The notes: generated by a model from the sequence alone, not told the origin. A stretch of 64,000 bases of DNA from Pseudomonadota bacterium (GCA_039025455.1 JBCCOF010000001.1:7338-71337), one strand, 5' to 3'; numbered from the stretch's first letter, positions 29,383 to 40,174 are shown. Program-made: numbers and translations.

Positions 29383-30660
29383 TCAAATTTTGAGCGCTTC
29401 CCGCTCTATTTCTCTTTGGCCAATATCGCGCCTGAAAAACCCGCTCGGGAATTCCACCGCATCGACAGCATTGTATGCCCCGCCTTGGGCTTCGGTTGCA
29501 TTCGCGCCCATGGCGGTCACGTTCAACACGCGCCCGCCATTCGCTGCCAGCGCGCCGTCTTTCAGCGCTGTTCCGGCGTGGAAGACCTTCGCCCCGCCCG
29601 CCTCGGCTTCGCCAAGATCAATCGCTCCGCCCTTTTCAGGCGTGCCCGGATAGCCCTTCGCTGCCATCACCACGGTTAGCGCGGTGTCAGCGGCAAACTC
29701 CGCCTCCATGCCAGCCAGCTCGCCCTTCGCGCAGGCCAGCATCAGCGCCGCCAGATCACCCTGATAGCGCATCATCAATACTTGGCATTCGGGATCGCCA
29801 AAGCGGCAATTGTATTCGATGAGTTTCGGCCCCTCGACGGTCAGCATCAGGCCGGCATAAAGCACACCCGAATAGGGTATGCCTTCTGCAGCCATGGTGC
29901 GCACTGTCGGTTCGATGATCTCGGCCATCGCTTGCGCCTGCAATTCGGGTGTCAGCACGGGAGCGGGCGAGTATGCGCCCATGCCTCCGGTGTTCGGGCC
30001 GGTGTCGCCTTCGCCGACGCGTTTGTGATCTTGAGCGGTGCCGAAGGGGAGGATGGTTTCGCCGTCGGAGATCGCAAAAAAGCTGGCCTCTTCACCTTCG
30101 AGAAACTCCTCGATCACCACTTCTGCGCCCGCTTCGCCGAACCGGCCGCCGAACATATCGGCGAGCGCTTCCTCGGCCTCGTTGCGGGTCGCGGCGATCA
30201 CCACGCCCTTGCCCGCCGCCAATCCATCGGCTTTGAGCACGTACGGCGGGGCGAAACTGTCGAGCGCCGCCGTCGCTTCGGCGAGCGAGGTGGTGCGGAC
30301 ATAGGCTCCGGTCGGGATATTCGCGCGGTCGCACAGCATTTTGGTGAAGCCCTTCGAACCTTCGAGCTGCGCGGCGGTTTGGGACGGGCCGAACACGGCA
30401 AAGCCCTTGGCACGAAGGCTGTCGGCAAGGCCATCGACCAATGGAGCTTCGGGACCGACTACGACGAGATCGACATCGTTGGTGGCGCAGAAATGCACCA
30501 CCGCCCGATGATCCCCCGCATCCAGCGCGACCAGCTCGGCTTCCTGAGCAATGCCTGGATTTCCGGGGGCAGCGAAGAGCTTCGTCAAAGCAGGGGATTG
30601 CGCCAGCTTCCACGCCAGAGCATGTTCGCGGCCACCCGACCCCAGCAACAGGACATTCAT
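29383..30660 (-). CDS. purD: Phosphoribosylamine-glycine ligase
   Basis: [41 protein letters not shown]. Confidence 0.98.
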   Translation of the reverse strand: MNVLLLGSGGREHALAWKLAQSPALTKLFAAPGNPGIAQEAELVALDAGDHRAVVHFCATNDVDLVVVGPEAPLVDGLADSLRAKGFAVFGPSQTAAQLEGSKGFTKMLCDRANIPTGAYVRTTSLAEATAALDSFAPPYVLKADGLAAGKGVVIAATRNEAEEALADMFGGRFGEAGAEVVIEEFLEGEEASFFAISDGETILPFGTAQDHKRVGEGDTGPNTGGMGAYSPAPVLTPELQAQAMAEIIEPTVRTMAAEGIPYSGVLYAGLMLTVEGPKLIEYNCRFGDPECQVLMMRYQGDLAALMLACAKGELAGMEAEFAADTALTVVMAAKGYPGTPEKGGAIDLGEAEAGGAKVFHAGTALKDGALAANGGRVLNVTAMGANATEAQGGAYNAVDAVEFPSGFFRRDIGQREIEREALKI

Positions 30661-32131
30661 GGCGCGCTCTCCCTCCGATACAGACCGTTCAGGGCTGGTA
30701 GCCCGCACAGCGCCCGGCGACAACGCACAGCCGCTCTCGATCACCGAGATTTCGACCGCCTTGAAGCGGACCGTCGAAGAGCGCTTCGGCCATGTCCGCT
30801 TGCGCGGCGAATTGTCGGGGGTCAAGCGCGCAGCCTCGGGGCACATGTATTGCGCGCTCAAGGACGAGAAGGCGGTGCTCGACGGGGTGATGTGGCGTGG
30901 GAACACCGGGCGGTTGAGCTTTGTGCCAGAGGATGGGCTTGAGGTTATCGCGACGGGTAAATTGACCACCTATGCGGGCCGGTCGAAATATCAGGTGGTG
31001 ATCGACAGTCTTGAGCTGGCGGGCGAGGGCGCATTGCTGGCCCTGCTCGAAAAAACCCGCGCGCGACTGGCGGCGGAGGGGCTTTTCGCCGAAGATCGCA
31101 AGCGGCGCTTGCCCTATCTCCCCAAGACCATCGGCGTGGCCACATCGCCGACCGGCTCAGTCATCCGCGACATACTTCACCGGCTGGCGGACCGCTTCCC
31201 CAGCCATGTGGTTGTGTGGCCGGTGCTGGTGCAGGGGCAAGGCGCGGCGGAGCAGGTCGCGGGGGCAATCCGGGGGTTTTCGGAGCTTGAAACGGGCGGC
31301 GCGGTGGCGCGGCCCGATGTGGTCATCTTGGCGCGCGGGGGTGGCTCGATCGAGGATCTGTGGAGCTTTAACGAAGAGATTGTGGTGCGCGCGATTGCCG
31401 AGTCCTCGATCCCCGTGATCTCGGCGGTCGGGCATGAAACCGACACCACGCTTGCCGATTATGCCGCCGACCGGCGCGCGCCTACGCCCACCGCAGCGGC
31501 GGAGATGGCGGTTCCGGTGAAGGCCGATCTCGTGGCAGCGCTCGCCGACTTTGCCGGGCGACAGCGGCGCGCGGTGCATCGACCGGTTGAACTGGGGCGC
31601 GAGCGGCTCGAAGCGCGGGTCCGGCGGATGCCCAAGCCCGAAGCGCTGCTGCAACCCCAGGCTCAGCGGCTCGATGAATTGTCTGAACGTTTGAGGCGCG
31701 GATTGACCGACCGAGCGGGGCAAGGGCGCGAGCAATTGGCAGGCGTAGCGGCGCGGCTAACTCCGAGCACTCTAAAACGCGCCCATTCCGAAGCGTGCGG
31801 GCGGCTGGAGCGCTTGCGACTGGCTCCGGCGCTGGTCGAGAGACCACTTGCCGCGAGTAAGGAGCGGTTGGCGTCGTTGACTCGCCTGGCGCAGCAACTT
31901 CATCCTGAAAAGCCATTGGAGCGCGGCTATGCCATCGTCCGCGATGCAGCAGGTGCGGCGCTTACCTCTAAGGCTCAGGCCGAGCGCGAAGCGGCGCTTA
32001 AGCTCCAATTCAAGGACGATATGCTTGATGTGGCGGTAGAGACCGCCGCTGCCTCTGCGCCCCCGCGAAGGCCCAAGCGCAAACCGCCTAGCAAAGGAAC
32101 CGCGCCTGCGCAGGATGATTTGTTTGGGTAG
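30659..32131 (+). CDS. xseA: Exodeoxyribonuclease VII large subunit
   Basis: [41 protein letters not shown]. Confidence 0.97.
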   Translation: MARSPSDTDRSGLVARTAPGDNAQPLSITEISTALKRTVEERFGHVRLRGELSGVKRAASGHMYCALKDEKAVLDGVMWRGNTGRLSFVPEDGLEVIATGKLTTYAGRSKYQVVIDSLELAGEGALLALLEKTRARLAAEGLFAEDRKRRLPYLPKTIGVATSPTGSVIRDILHRLADRFPSHVVVWPVLVQGQGAAEQVAGAIRGFSELETGGAVARPDVVILARGGGSIEDLWSFNEEIVVRAIAESSIPVISAVGHETDTTLADYAADRRAPTPTAAAEMAVPVKADLVAALADFAGRQRRAVHRPVELGRERLEARVRRMPKPEALLQPQAQRLDELSERLRRGLTDRAGQGREQLAGVAARLTPSTLKRAHSEACGRLERLRLAPALVERPLAASKERLASLTRLAQQLHPEKPLERGYAIVRDAAGAALTSKAQAEREAALKLQFKDDMLDVAVETAAASAPPRRPKRKPPSKGTAPAQDDLFG

Positions 32132-32155
32132 ACGCAAAATGATATGGACCCGCCC

Positions 32156-32359
32156 ATGTTGATGTCGACCAGTGATAAAGCCGCCAAGCTTCAATACGGA
32201 GCTTCCACTTTCCGCGTTTTGCGCCCGGGAAAGCACGTATTGTGTGCCGTATCCGGCGCGGCGATCCCGCTTGAGGAGCTGCGTTATTGGAGCGCGGAAC
32301 TGCAAGAACCCTACGCAACCGCCGAGCTTGCGACCAAGCGTATGCTGGAAGCGCAGTAA
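32156..32359 (+). CDS. DUF2093 family protein
   Basis: A.L.Y....F.V..PG..V.CAVSG..IPL.ELRYWS...QE.YA. Confidence 0.85.
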   Translation: MLMSTSDKAAKLQYGASTFRVLRPGKHVLCAVSGAAIPLEELRYWSAELQEPYATAELATKRMLEAQ

Positions 32360-33282
32360 TGCCAGGCCTCTGGCACTCTTCAGTGCTGGGTGGGATCGCG
32401 GTTTTGGCCAGTTGCACAGGCGGCGGCGAACCGGCCGCGCCTGACCAAGAGGCCATGGTCGGCGTGGCTGCGAGCACGCCGCAAACCCGAACCGCCCGAT
32501 CCGATTCTTCATCAAGCGCACCGGTGGCCGATGCGATCACTTACGAAGGCGAGCTGACCCAGGGAGGGTTCATTCGTGGCAAAGTGAGCGCTTCCACCAA
32601 GTCTCTGAGCTTTGATGGCGAGACATTGAAAATCGGCCCCGACCGCGAGTTCTTTGTCGCGTTTGATCGCGATTCTTCGGGCAGTGCGAAACTGGTCCAG
32701 ACCTTTCAGGACGGCACCAGTCGCACCGAAACGCTCACCATAACTCCGCGCAAATGGCAGATTTCACGGGTTAATGTTCCGCGTGGCCGTGGCCGCAATC
32801 TTGAAGCCTATTGGAAAAAGCGCGAACCCGAATACAACGCGATCGTCGCCGCGCGCGCAAAATCTTCCGATACAGATGGTTGGAAGCAAGACTTCATCTG
32901 GCCTGTAAAAGGGCGCATTTCGGGCTATTTCGGGCGTCAGCGCATCTATGCCGGCGAACCCGGCTCCTACCACTCCGGCATCGACATCGCGCCGGGCAAT
33001 GGTGTGCCCTATGTCGCGCCCGCCGATGGTGTGGTTACGCTTGCTCGCATGGGGTTTAGTCTCGAAGGTGGGCTTATCATCATCGATCACGGAAACGGCT
33101 TGAACAGCGCTTTTCTCCATTCATCGAAGATCGCGGTGAAGGAAGGCCAGCGCGTCAAACAGGGCGAGTATATCGGCAATGTTGGCGCCACCGGGCGCGC
33201 ATCAGGGCCGCATCTCCACTGGGGCCTGAAATGGGGTAAGTCGCGGCTCGACCCACTGCTTTTTGTAGGGCCAATGAACTGA
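32359..33282 (+). CDS. M23 family metallopeptidase
   Basis: H.GID, IDHG.G..S.FLH, GPHLHW. Confidence 0.92.
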   Translation: MPGLWHSSVLGGIAVLASCTGGGEPAAPDQEAMVGVAASTPQTRTARSDSSSSAPVADAITYEGELTQGGFIRGKVSASTKSLSFDGETLKIGPDREFFVAFDRDSSGSAKLVQTFQDGTSRTETLTITPRKWQISRVNVPRGRGRNLEAYWKKREPEYNAIVAARAKSSDTDGWKQDFIWPVKGRISGYFGRQRIYAGEPGSYHSGIDIAPGNGVPYVAPADGVVTLARMGFSLEGGLIIIDHGNGLNSAFLHSSKIAVKEGQRVKQGEYIGNVGATGRASGPHLHWGLKWGKSRLDPLLFVGPMN

Positions 33283-33283
33283 A

Positions 33284-34273
33284 ATGGCTCGCAAAAAGCG
33301 GCTGATTGCGGGGCTCGCCGTGGCGATGCTGTGCATTCCGGGGACATGCATAAGATCGGATGTCTCGCTTGCTCCGACTGACCAGATTTCAATCAACAGG
33401 GTGCAGGGCGAAAGCAAGGGCGCGATCAATGGCTGGTCGCGCGTAGGTGTTTGGGAGGCGAATGCCGATACTTTGTTGTTTGGCGGTTTTTCGGCGCTGT
33501 TGGCGCTTGGTCCGAGCCAATTGATCGCTTTTTCGGATCGCGGCGCCCGCTTTGAACTGACAGTGCCCGGGAAGGCCTCAATGACTCGCAAAGTCGACCT
33601 TCAGCCGGTCGAGCCCGAGCGGTTTAACGAGCTCTGGGACATCGAATCCGCAACCCGCGATCCGGCGACGGGCGAGTACTGGCTGGGATACGAGAACACC
33701 CACGCCATCCGCCGCTTCAGTCGATCGAGTCAAAAGGGACCTGTGCGCATTCTCGACGATGAAGTTGATTGGACTATCAATAAAGGCGCCGAGGCTATGG
33801 TCAGATTGGCTGACGGTCGCTTTATGATCGTGCCGGAAGGGTCCGACGAAGGGCTTATTTTTTCCGATGACCCGGCTGAGGGCGGCAATTTCAAGGCGTT
33901 CCCCTTTGAGAATCCCGATCCCAATTACGCCGTGACCGATATGACGCAATTGCCCGATGGCCGGCTTTTGCTGCTGATGCGCAAAGTGGCCTCGGGATTT
34001 CCTCCCTTTGCAAGCCTGCTGGCGATTGGAGATCCTCCGATGGCTGGGCAGAGGGGTCCTTGGAAGCCCGAGATCGCACTCGATCTTACGAAGATGGTCC
34101 CGCGCGAGAATTACGAAGGTATCGCGGCGATCGCGGATGACGATGGAGGTTTGTCGATCTGGCTGCTTTCCGACGACAATTTTGCCGCGTTCCAGCGGAC
34201 ATTGCTGGTAAAGCTGCGGTTTGATCCCGAGGCAGGGCAAGAGGCTTCGGACGACCAAAACCCGAAAAACTGA
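33284..34273 (+). CDS. Esterase-like activity of phytase family protein
   Basis: FGGFSAL, SDRG, D.ES, N.GAEAM, N.EG, LLSDDNF...QRTLL. Confidence 0.85.
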   Translation: MARKKRLIAGLAVAMLCIPGTCIRSDVSLAPTDQISINRVQGESKGAINGWSRVGVWEANADTLLFGGFSALLALGPSQLIAFSDRGARFELTVPGKASMTRKVDLQPVEPERFNELWDIESATRDPATGEYWLGYENTHAIRRFSRSSQKGPVRILDDEVDWTINKGAEAMVRLADGRFMIVPEGSDEGLIFSDDPAEGGNFKAFPFENPDPNYAVTDMTQLPDGRLLLLMRKVASGFPPFASLLAIGDPPMAGQRGPWKPEIALDLTKMVPRENYEGIAAIADDDGGLSIWLLSDDNFAAFQRTLLVKLRFDPEAGQEASDDQNPKN

Positions 34274-34285
34274 CGACGGCAAAGC

Positions 34286-34318
34286 AAAAGGCGCGCGAGG
34301 AACACCCCGCACGCCCTA
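34286..34318 (-). terminator. Terminator downstream of rpmB
   Basis: Minus strand GGCGTGCGGGG-TGTT-CCTCGCGCGCC followed by TTTT. Confidence 0.6.
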
Positions 34319-34351
34319 AATGCTGTTCCAGAGCCTTCCGGCCCGAATGGT

Positions 34352-34639
34352 TCAGGCGGCTTTGGTCGCCTTGACCAATTCGCGTTTCACTTTGAGCGCG
34401 CGCGACGACAATTTCTCGTCATTGGTCTTGAGCAGCCAGTTATCCAGCCCGCCATTGTGCTCGACCGAGCGCAGGCCGTGCGTCGAAACGCGGAACTTGA
34501 AGCTGCGATCGAGCTTTTCGCTCAGCAGCGTCACATTCTGCAGGTTGGGCAGAAAAACGCGCTTGGTCTTGTTGTTGGCGTGGCTGACATTGTTGCCCAC
34601 CAGGCGACCTTTGCCGGTCAGTTCGCAAATACGCGACAT
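34352..34639 (-). CDS. rpmB: 50S ribosomal protein L28
   Basis: [10 protein letters not shown]...[19 protein letters not shown]. Confidence 0.98.
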   Translation of the reverse strand: MSRICELTGKGRLVGNNVSHANNKTKRVFLPNLQNVTLLSEKLDRSFKFRVSTHGLRSVEHNGGLDNWLLKTNDEKLSSRALKVKRELVKATKAA

Positions 34640-34785
34640 GATATCTCTCGTTACTTTGACAGTTGCGGGCGCCCGCCTGCTATGACGGTCCGATAGCTCG
34701 GTTATCCCGGAAAGCGCGCCGCATACCCCCACGCGTGCGAATCGTCAATTGATTCGTGTCGGCGCGAGGGTTAGCGCCTGTCGCC

Positions 34786-35256
34786 GTGAGCACCAAAGCA
34801 AACCGATGGCCGGTCCCCGAACCGATGCGGCTCGCGCTTGAGGCGGCACGCGAAGCCGCGCACGCGGGCGAAGTGCCGGTGGGCGCGGTGCTGGTCAAGG
34901 ACGGGGACGTGATCGCGGTGGCGGGCAATGCGACCCGCAATCCCCCCGATCCGACCGGCCATGCCGAGATGCGTGTCCTTCGCGCGGGGGCGCAGGCATT
35001 GGGGCAGGATCGCCTGAACGGATGCGACCTCTATGTGACGCTGGAGCCCTGTGTTATGTGCGCAGGCGCGATCTCCCACGCGCGCATTGCACGGCTCTAT
35101 TACGGCGCGAGCGACCCCAAGGGCGGCGGCGTCGAACACGGCGCGCGGGTGTTCGAACAGGAGCAATGTATGCACCGGCCCGAAATTTATACAGGATTGG
35201 GCGAGGCCGAAGCGGCGGAATTATTGCGCGGGTTCTTCAGGGAGCGCAGACAATAG
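34786..35256 (+). CDS. tadA: tRNA adenosine deaminase
   Basis: GEVPVGAV, HAE, TLEPC.MC, YGA.DPK.G. Confidence 0.93.
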   Translation: MSTKANRWPVPEPMRLALEAAREAAHAGEVPVGAVLVKDGDVIAVAGNATRNPPDPTGHAEMRVLRAGAQALGQDRLNGCDLYVTLEPCVMCAGAISHARIARLYYGASDPKGGGVEHGARVFEQEQCMHRPEIYTGLGEAEAAELLRGFFRERRQ

Positions 35257-35409
35257 AAGGCATTTGTTCTTTCCGCTTAGTGGCCTAAACTCTCACACGA
35301 TCCAAAACGGAGTGCTCCGCATGTTGGTTTGATTGCTCATTGCATTCGTCACTGACTGAAATGGCTGCGGTAAGCCTGCCTTCCGCGCGCCTTTTTCGAT
35401 GAGGATATT

Positions 35410-35910
35410 ATGAGCAAATTGAACTTCACTATCCGCCCGTTTGCGGCGGCTGATCTTGCCGCCCTTCACACCATTCGCAATACCGCATTCGCACCCGTCT
35501 ACGCCTCCTTTCGCGCGCTTGTTGGCCCCGAACTCGCGCCGATTGTGTTTGCGAAGGCCGAGGACGAACAGGGGAAGTGGCTCGACACGATCTGTCGCCC
35601 GGATTCGGATCACTGCATGGCGGTCGCGACGCTAGAGGATCGCCCAATCGGGTTTTGCGATTACTCTACAGATGCACAGACGCGGATCGGGGAAATCGGG
35701 TTGAACGCTGTTGATCCTGACTATGCCGGCAAAGGCGTCGGGACTGCGCTTTACGAGCATGCCTTGAACGAATTGCGCGCCGCCGGGATGCAGGCGGCGA
35801 CCGTCTCGACCGGGGGCGATGCCAGCCATGCGCCCGCACGGCGAGCCTATGCGAAGGCGGGCTTTGCCGCCGCGGTTCCGAGCGTGCACCTTTATCGCAT
35901 GCTGGAGTGA
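35410..35910 (+). CDS. GNAT N-acetyltransferase
   Basis: AVDPDYAGKGVG, HAPARR.Y.KAGF. Confidence 0.88.
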   Translation: MSKLNFTIRPFAAADLAALHTIRNTAFAPVYASFRALVGPELAPIVFAKAEDEQGKWLDTICRPDSDHCMAVATLEDRPIGFCDYSTDAQTRIGEIGLNAVDPDYAGKGVGTALYEHALNELRAAGMQAATVSTGGDASHAPARRAYAKAGFAAAVPSVHLYRMLE

Positions 35911-35919
35911 CGGTGGGGC

Positions 35920-36627
35920 TCACAGCCCCCGCCAGATCTTCGCCCTTGCCCCGTTCTTCGCCCCGAACCTGCGTGGATCGCAGCGTTTGGGCATAAAGCT
36001 CTTCGTGTAGCAGAGGCGGATTTCCTGTAGCCAACCGTCGCGGTTGAGCTTCACGCCTATCGCGTCCGCGCGCCAGCCCGGATTGGCTTCGGCAAGCGCG
36101 TTGCGGATGCGACCGGCGGTGAGGCCGCGTTCGCGCGAAATGCGGTCGTAGTCGGGGATCCGCAAGCCTTCCCACAGGATGCGCGTCACCTTGAAATAGG
36201 TTGCGGGCTTTTTGACCATACAGCTCCCGTGCTTCGCCCATTGCCGCGCCGCGAGGCGGGCGGAAGGCATGATACACATATTGCGCCGGATAAGCGCGGG
36301 GGTGGGGCGACCCTGCGTCGGGCACCATTGCGGCCACGAGCGCCCGCCATCGGGCCAAAGCCCGTGCACCACCAGCCCGAACCGCCCGAAATCGCCCGAG
36401 CACTGCATTCGATGGGAGCGCGATGTCTCGCGCGTGCGACAAAAGGCAGGCGACCAGCTGAGCGCAAGAGTGTAACCGGTGACCGGCATAACCCGCGCAC
36501 GGCCTTTGGTGATCTGCGGAACGCTAGAAACCTGCGGCACACGGCATTGATAGGCTTGGGCGTGCAATGCTGAAGGGATCATCAAAGCCGCCAGAACGGC
36601 GAGAATTGTCGGTCTAGTCGAACGCAT
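35920..36627 (-). CDS. Ribonuclease T2 family protein
   Basis: LALSWSP.FC, VHGLWP, W.KHGSC, EIRLC. Confidence 0.92.
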   Translation of the reverse strand: MRSTRPTILAVLAALMIPSALHAQAYQCRVPQVSSVPQITKGRARVMPVTGYTLALSWSPAFCRTRETSRSHRMQCSGDFGRFGLVVHGLWPDGGRSWPQWCPTQGRPTPALIRRNMCIMPSARLAARQWAKHGSCMVKKPATYFKVTRILWEGLRIPDYDRISRERGLTAGRIRNALAEANPGWRADAIGVKLNRDGWLQEIRLCYTKSFMPKRCDPRRFGAKNGARAKIWRGL

Positions 36628-37057
36628 CGGAAGCCTTCTTATCCTCTGGCCTGAACCATCGGTTTCCCTTGGGTGTGAAGAGCAATCCAGCGATCATGAT
36701 TGGAGTGGCCGCTGAAATTAGGCTGAACCAGAGAAATCGCGGGTAAGTGGACGCATATTCGAGGTCACTAAAGACGATCACGAGCGGGACGAAGGCCATG
36801 GCAGTTACAAACCAGCGCGCGAACCGGCTGGCAAATAGGAAGACCCAAGCTACCGGGATGAGGTCAATTGTGAATCGGGCGGAAGATTTAATGATGAGCC
36901 AATCCGCCTCGGCCTCTGTCATCGTGCCGTTATATTCGGGAAAACGTTGATTGGTGATTGGTCGAAGCGACTCACTGAGCCGAAGAAGGGCAATGCCGAT
37001 TGTCAGGATTGTAAACAGCCAGATCGGCCAAGGCCGCGGGCCCTTGGCGAGCTTCAT
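36614..37057 (-). CDS. Hypothetical four-TM membrane protein
   Basis: ATGA overlap with nadC stop, FARW and LLFTP...RWF, lower GC. Confidence 0.7.
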   Translation of the reverse strand: MKLAKGPRPWPIWLFTILTIGIALLRLSESLRPITNQRFPEYNGTMTEAEADWLIIKSSARFTIDLIPVAWVFLFASRFARWFVTAMAFVPLVIVFSDLEYASTYPRFLWFSLISAATPIMIAGLLFTPKGNRWFRPEDKKASDAFD

Positions 37058-37926
37058 AGCGGCGTAAAGTCCAGCCCCACATCGGCCGCAGGGGCGCTTT
37101 GGGTTAGCCGACCGACCGAGACGTAATCGACGCCGCTTGCCGCCTTGGCTTTGATCGTGTCGAGGTTGATCTCGCCCGACGCCTCGGTCTTGGCGCGGCC
37201 TGCGATTAGGGTGACGGCTTCGCGCAAGAGCTCGGGCGACATATTGTCGAGCAGCAGGTGATGCGCCCCCGCCGCCAGCGCTGGCTCGATCTGGTCCAGC
37301 CGGTCCACTTCGCAGATGATCTGCGCGACGCCCGCATCGCGCGCGCGGCGCACCGCCTCGCCGACATTGTCCGCGACCGCGACGTGGTTGTCCTTGATCA
37401 TGGCGGCGTCCCACAATCCCATCCGGTGATTGCTCGCCCCGCCCATGCGCACCGCGTATTTTTCGAGCACGCGCAGGCCGGGCAGGGTCTTGCGCGTGTC
37501 GAGCAGCGTGCAGTCTGCGTTAGCCCCGCCTTCCCGCATCGCATCGACATATTGGCGCGCCATGGTGGCGATGCCGGAGAGGTGCTGGACGATGTTAAGC
37601 GCGCTGCGTTCGGCGGTCAGCAAGGCGCGGGCATTTCCGGTGAGCCGCATAAGGTCAGTGCCCGGGTCAACCGCATCGCCATCAGAAACCAGCGCTTCGA
37701 TTGCGCATTCGGGATCGAGTGTGCGGAAGAAGGACTCGGCAAGCGGTAGGCCCGCCACGATGATGGGATCGCGGCTGTCCATAACGCCCGAAAAGCGCGC
37801 CTCGGCGGGGATGACGCTTTCGGATGTGACATCATGCCCGCCACCTTCGAGCCCAACCCCGAGGTCTTCATCGAGCGTGTCGCGCACAAAGCGGGCGAGG
37901 TCGAAGCCGGGTAATTCCAATGCCAT
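37054..37926 (-). CDS. nadC: Nicotinate-nucleotide pyrophosphorylase (carboxylating)
   Basis: AERSALN, DTRKTLPG.R, NHRMGL.DA.MIKDNH, LLDN, EASG. Confidence 0.97.
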   Translation of the reverse strand: MALELPGFDLARFVRDTLDEDLGVGLEGGGHDVTSESVIPAEARFSGVMDSRDPIIVAGLPLAESFFRTLDPECAIEALVSDGDAVDPGTDLMRLTGNARALLTAERSALNIVQHLSGIATMARQYVDAMREGGANADCTLLDTRKTLPGLRVLEKYAVRMGGASNHRMGLWDAAMIKDNHVAVADNVGEAVRRARDAGVAQIICEVDRLDQIEPALAAGAHHLLLDNMSPELLREAVTLIAGRAKTEASGEINLDTIKAKAASGVDYVSVGRLTQSAPAADVGLDFTPL

Positions 37927-37933
37927 ATGTTTC

Positions 37934-38028
37934 CCCGCTCGCCCTGAGCTTGTCGAAGGGCTGTCCTTCTTTCTCTGTCGAAACACTAGAAGAAAGTACA
38001 GTGCTTCGACAAGCTCAGCACGAGCGGG
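37934..38028. repeat. REP/RPE-like palindromic element
   Basis: CCCGCTCG.CCTGAGCTTGTCGAAG...CTTCGACAAGCTCAG..CGAGCGGG long inverted repeat with inner TTCTTTCT/AGAAGAA arms. Confidence 0.8.
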
Positions 38029-38036
38029 TTGAAAGG

Positions 38037-38834
38037 TTAGTGTACGAACCGCGCGACCACATCCCGGTACGACCGCGAAACCTTCACCTCGGCTCCGCTT
38101 TCCAGCACCAGAAAGCACTCGCCATTGGTATGCGGCTTGACCTGGCGGACCTGATCGAGATTGACGATGGTCGAGCGGTGCACTCGCTGGAACTTGCGCG
38201 GATCAAGCCGGCGCTCAAGATCCTTCATGGTCTCGCGCAGCACAAGCGAATTGTCGCCGGTCGAAATGATCATGTAATCGCCAGCAGCCTCGATATGCTC
38301 GATCGAAGTGACTTCGACGCGGAAGATCTGGCCGCGATCCTTCACATTGATGAGCTTTTCAAAGCGCTCGGTCGTGTCGCCGCTTTCGTCGCTGAATTGC
38401 GCCGCGCGGTCCGGTGCGACCTCGGCCAGAACGTCGAGCAATTGTTCGGCATCATCGGTCGATTTCTTGGCGGTGATGCGCTCGCGAACCCGCTCGATCG
38501 TGTCGGCGAGCTTTTGCTCATCAACTGGCTTCATCAGGTAATTGACTGCATTGGCTTCGAAAGCGCGGATCGCGTGCTCTTCAAAGGCGGTGACGAAGAC
38601 AAACAATGGCGGATCGATTTCCATCACGCCTTTGACCACCGAGAAGCCGTCAAAGCCCGGCATCTGAATATCGAGAAAGACGAGATCGGGCTTCTCCGTC
38701 TTGATCTTGCGGATCGCTTCGCGCCCGTTCGAGCACGTGTCGATCACTTCGATATCGTCAAACTCCTCAAGACGGATTTGCATGCCTTGGATGGCAAGCG
38801 GTTCATCGTCGACGAGAATTGTGCGGATGGTCAT
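38037..38834 (-). CDS. LytTR-family response regulator
   Basis: VDDE, FLDIQMP, VTA, LMKP, RVHRSTIVN, VSRSY. Confidence 0.95.
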   Translation of the reverse strand: MTIRTILVDDEPLAIQGMQIRLEEFDDIEVIDTCSNGREAIRKIKTEKPDLVFLDIQMPGFDGFSVVKGVMEIDPPLFVFVTAFEEHAIRAFEANAVNYLMKPVDEQKLADTIERVRERITAKKSTDDAEQLLDVLAEVAPDRAAQFSDESGDTTERFEKLINVKDRGQIFRVEVTSIEHIEAAGDYMIISTGDNSLVLRETMKDLERRLDPRKFQRVHRSTIVNLDQVRQVKPHTNGECFLVLESGAEVKVSRSYRDVVARFVH

Positions 38835-40105
38835 GCGGATGATCCCAATGTGCGCCCGGGGTTCAGGGAAATGACAGTCGCGCTTTCGCCAGAGGGTTTG
38901 GACTCAGGCTCAGCTGCGGTGCCTTGGCCGGGCGCTGCGGGGGCGGGGGACCCTTTGGCAGCGCTTTCGGCCGCGGGTTCGCTGGCGCTTTCGCGAGCCC
39001 GCTGGAATGGAATTTCGATGATGACTTCAAAGCCACCACCGGGTTCGGATTTGATATCGAACACGTGCTCAAGACCATAGGCCTGCTGCAAGCGGTTTCG
39101 AATATTGGTCAGGCCGACGCCGGTTGAGACGTGCCGGTTTGTGGCATCGGCGGATGGATCAAACAGGCTGCGCTGCTCGGGGCCTTCTGCCCCCGGGCCG
39201 GAGTCGGCAACACTCATGCGCAGCCGGTTGCCAATAATCCGCGCAGAAACAGAAATGCGCGCCCCTTCCTCCAGCGGGCTGACTGCGTATTTGATCGCGT
39301 TTTCGACCAGAGGTTGAAGCAGCATCGAAGGGAGCATCGCATCGCGCGCGGCCTCTTCGATTTCGAAATGGGTGCGCAGCCGATCTTCGAACCGCATCCG
39401 CTCGATATCGAGATAGAGCTTTAGCGTCTCGATCTCCTGGTCGACTGTCATTTGAGAGCCGGGCTCGGCGATCAGCGTATGGCGCAGAAAGCTGGAGAGG
39501 CGCGACAGCATCGCGTCGGCCTGTTTGTTCTGTTTCAGCAGGACGAGCGTGCTGATTGAATTCAAGGTGTTGAACAGGAAATGCGGGTTCAATTGATAGC
39601 GGAGCATGGCCAATTGCGCCGATGTAGTTTCCGCTTCAAGCCGCTGGAGCCTGTCCGCCTGCGCCTCCACCGTCAAAAAGTAATTTATGGCGTAGTAGAG
39701 CGCGCTCCAACCCCCAAGCAGCGTCATCGGGATATAGGACAGACCGATGAAGCGCTGGGCAAAGGTCGTTTCGCGGCTTACCCCGTAATAAACGCCTTGG
39801 ACCAAGGCATCGAGCGTGGCCTGAACACCCACCGCGATGAACAAGACCACCACAGTTGAGACCCAGGTCACAAAGGCCCGGCGGTTGATAAGTCGGCGAT
39901 AGATGACCGACAGGATAAGGCTGATCGAAAAGCTGGTGATGGTGGCGACCAGAATTACCACCAAAAGGTCCCAGGGCCGGTCATTGGCCAGCGCCGAAAC
40001 AGAGCGCAGCAAGAACGCACCACCCCAGCCAGCTGACTGGAGAATCCAGAACGCTCTGTTCTTGCTCGAGAAGAATGGAGTAGGCTGGATCGGGAGCATT
40101 GCCAT
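38831..40105 (-). CDS. LytS/YehU-family sensor histidine kinase
   Basis: LRYQLNPHFLFNTLN, LQPLVENAIK, D.GPG, GVGL.N...RL. Confidence 0.95.
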   Translation of the reverse strand: MAMLPIQPTPFFSSKNRAFWILQSAGWGGAFLLRSVSALANDRPWDLLVVILVATITSFSISLILSVIYRRLINRRAFVTWVSTVVVLFIAVGVQATLDALVQGVYYGVSRETTFAQRFIGLSYIPMTLLGGWSALYYAINYFLTVEAQADRLQRLEAETTSAQLAMLRYQLNPHFLFNTLNSISTLVLLKQNKQADAMLSRLSSFLRHTLIAEPGSQMTVDQEIETLKLYLDIERMRFEDRLRTHFEIEEAARDAMLPSMLLQPLVENAIKYAVSPLEEGARISVSARIIGNRLRMSVADSGPGAEGPEQRSLFDPSADATNRHVSTGVGLTNIRNRLQQAYGLEHVFDIKSEPGGGFEVIIEIPFQRARESASEPAAESAAKGSPAPAAPGQGTAAEPESKPSGESATVISLNPGRTLGSSA

Positions 40106-40174
40106 AATGTGCGTATTTAGCGCAAAATTGCCAGCAGGGCAGCCGATTTTACGCGCACACAGCGCATGACTGCC

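Noticed and set aside
35257-35409. Possible leader peptide or riboswitch before the GNAT gene (ATG TTG GTT TGA)
   Set aside because: Only a 3-codon ORF and weak hairpins, with no recognisable aptamer.
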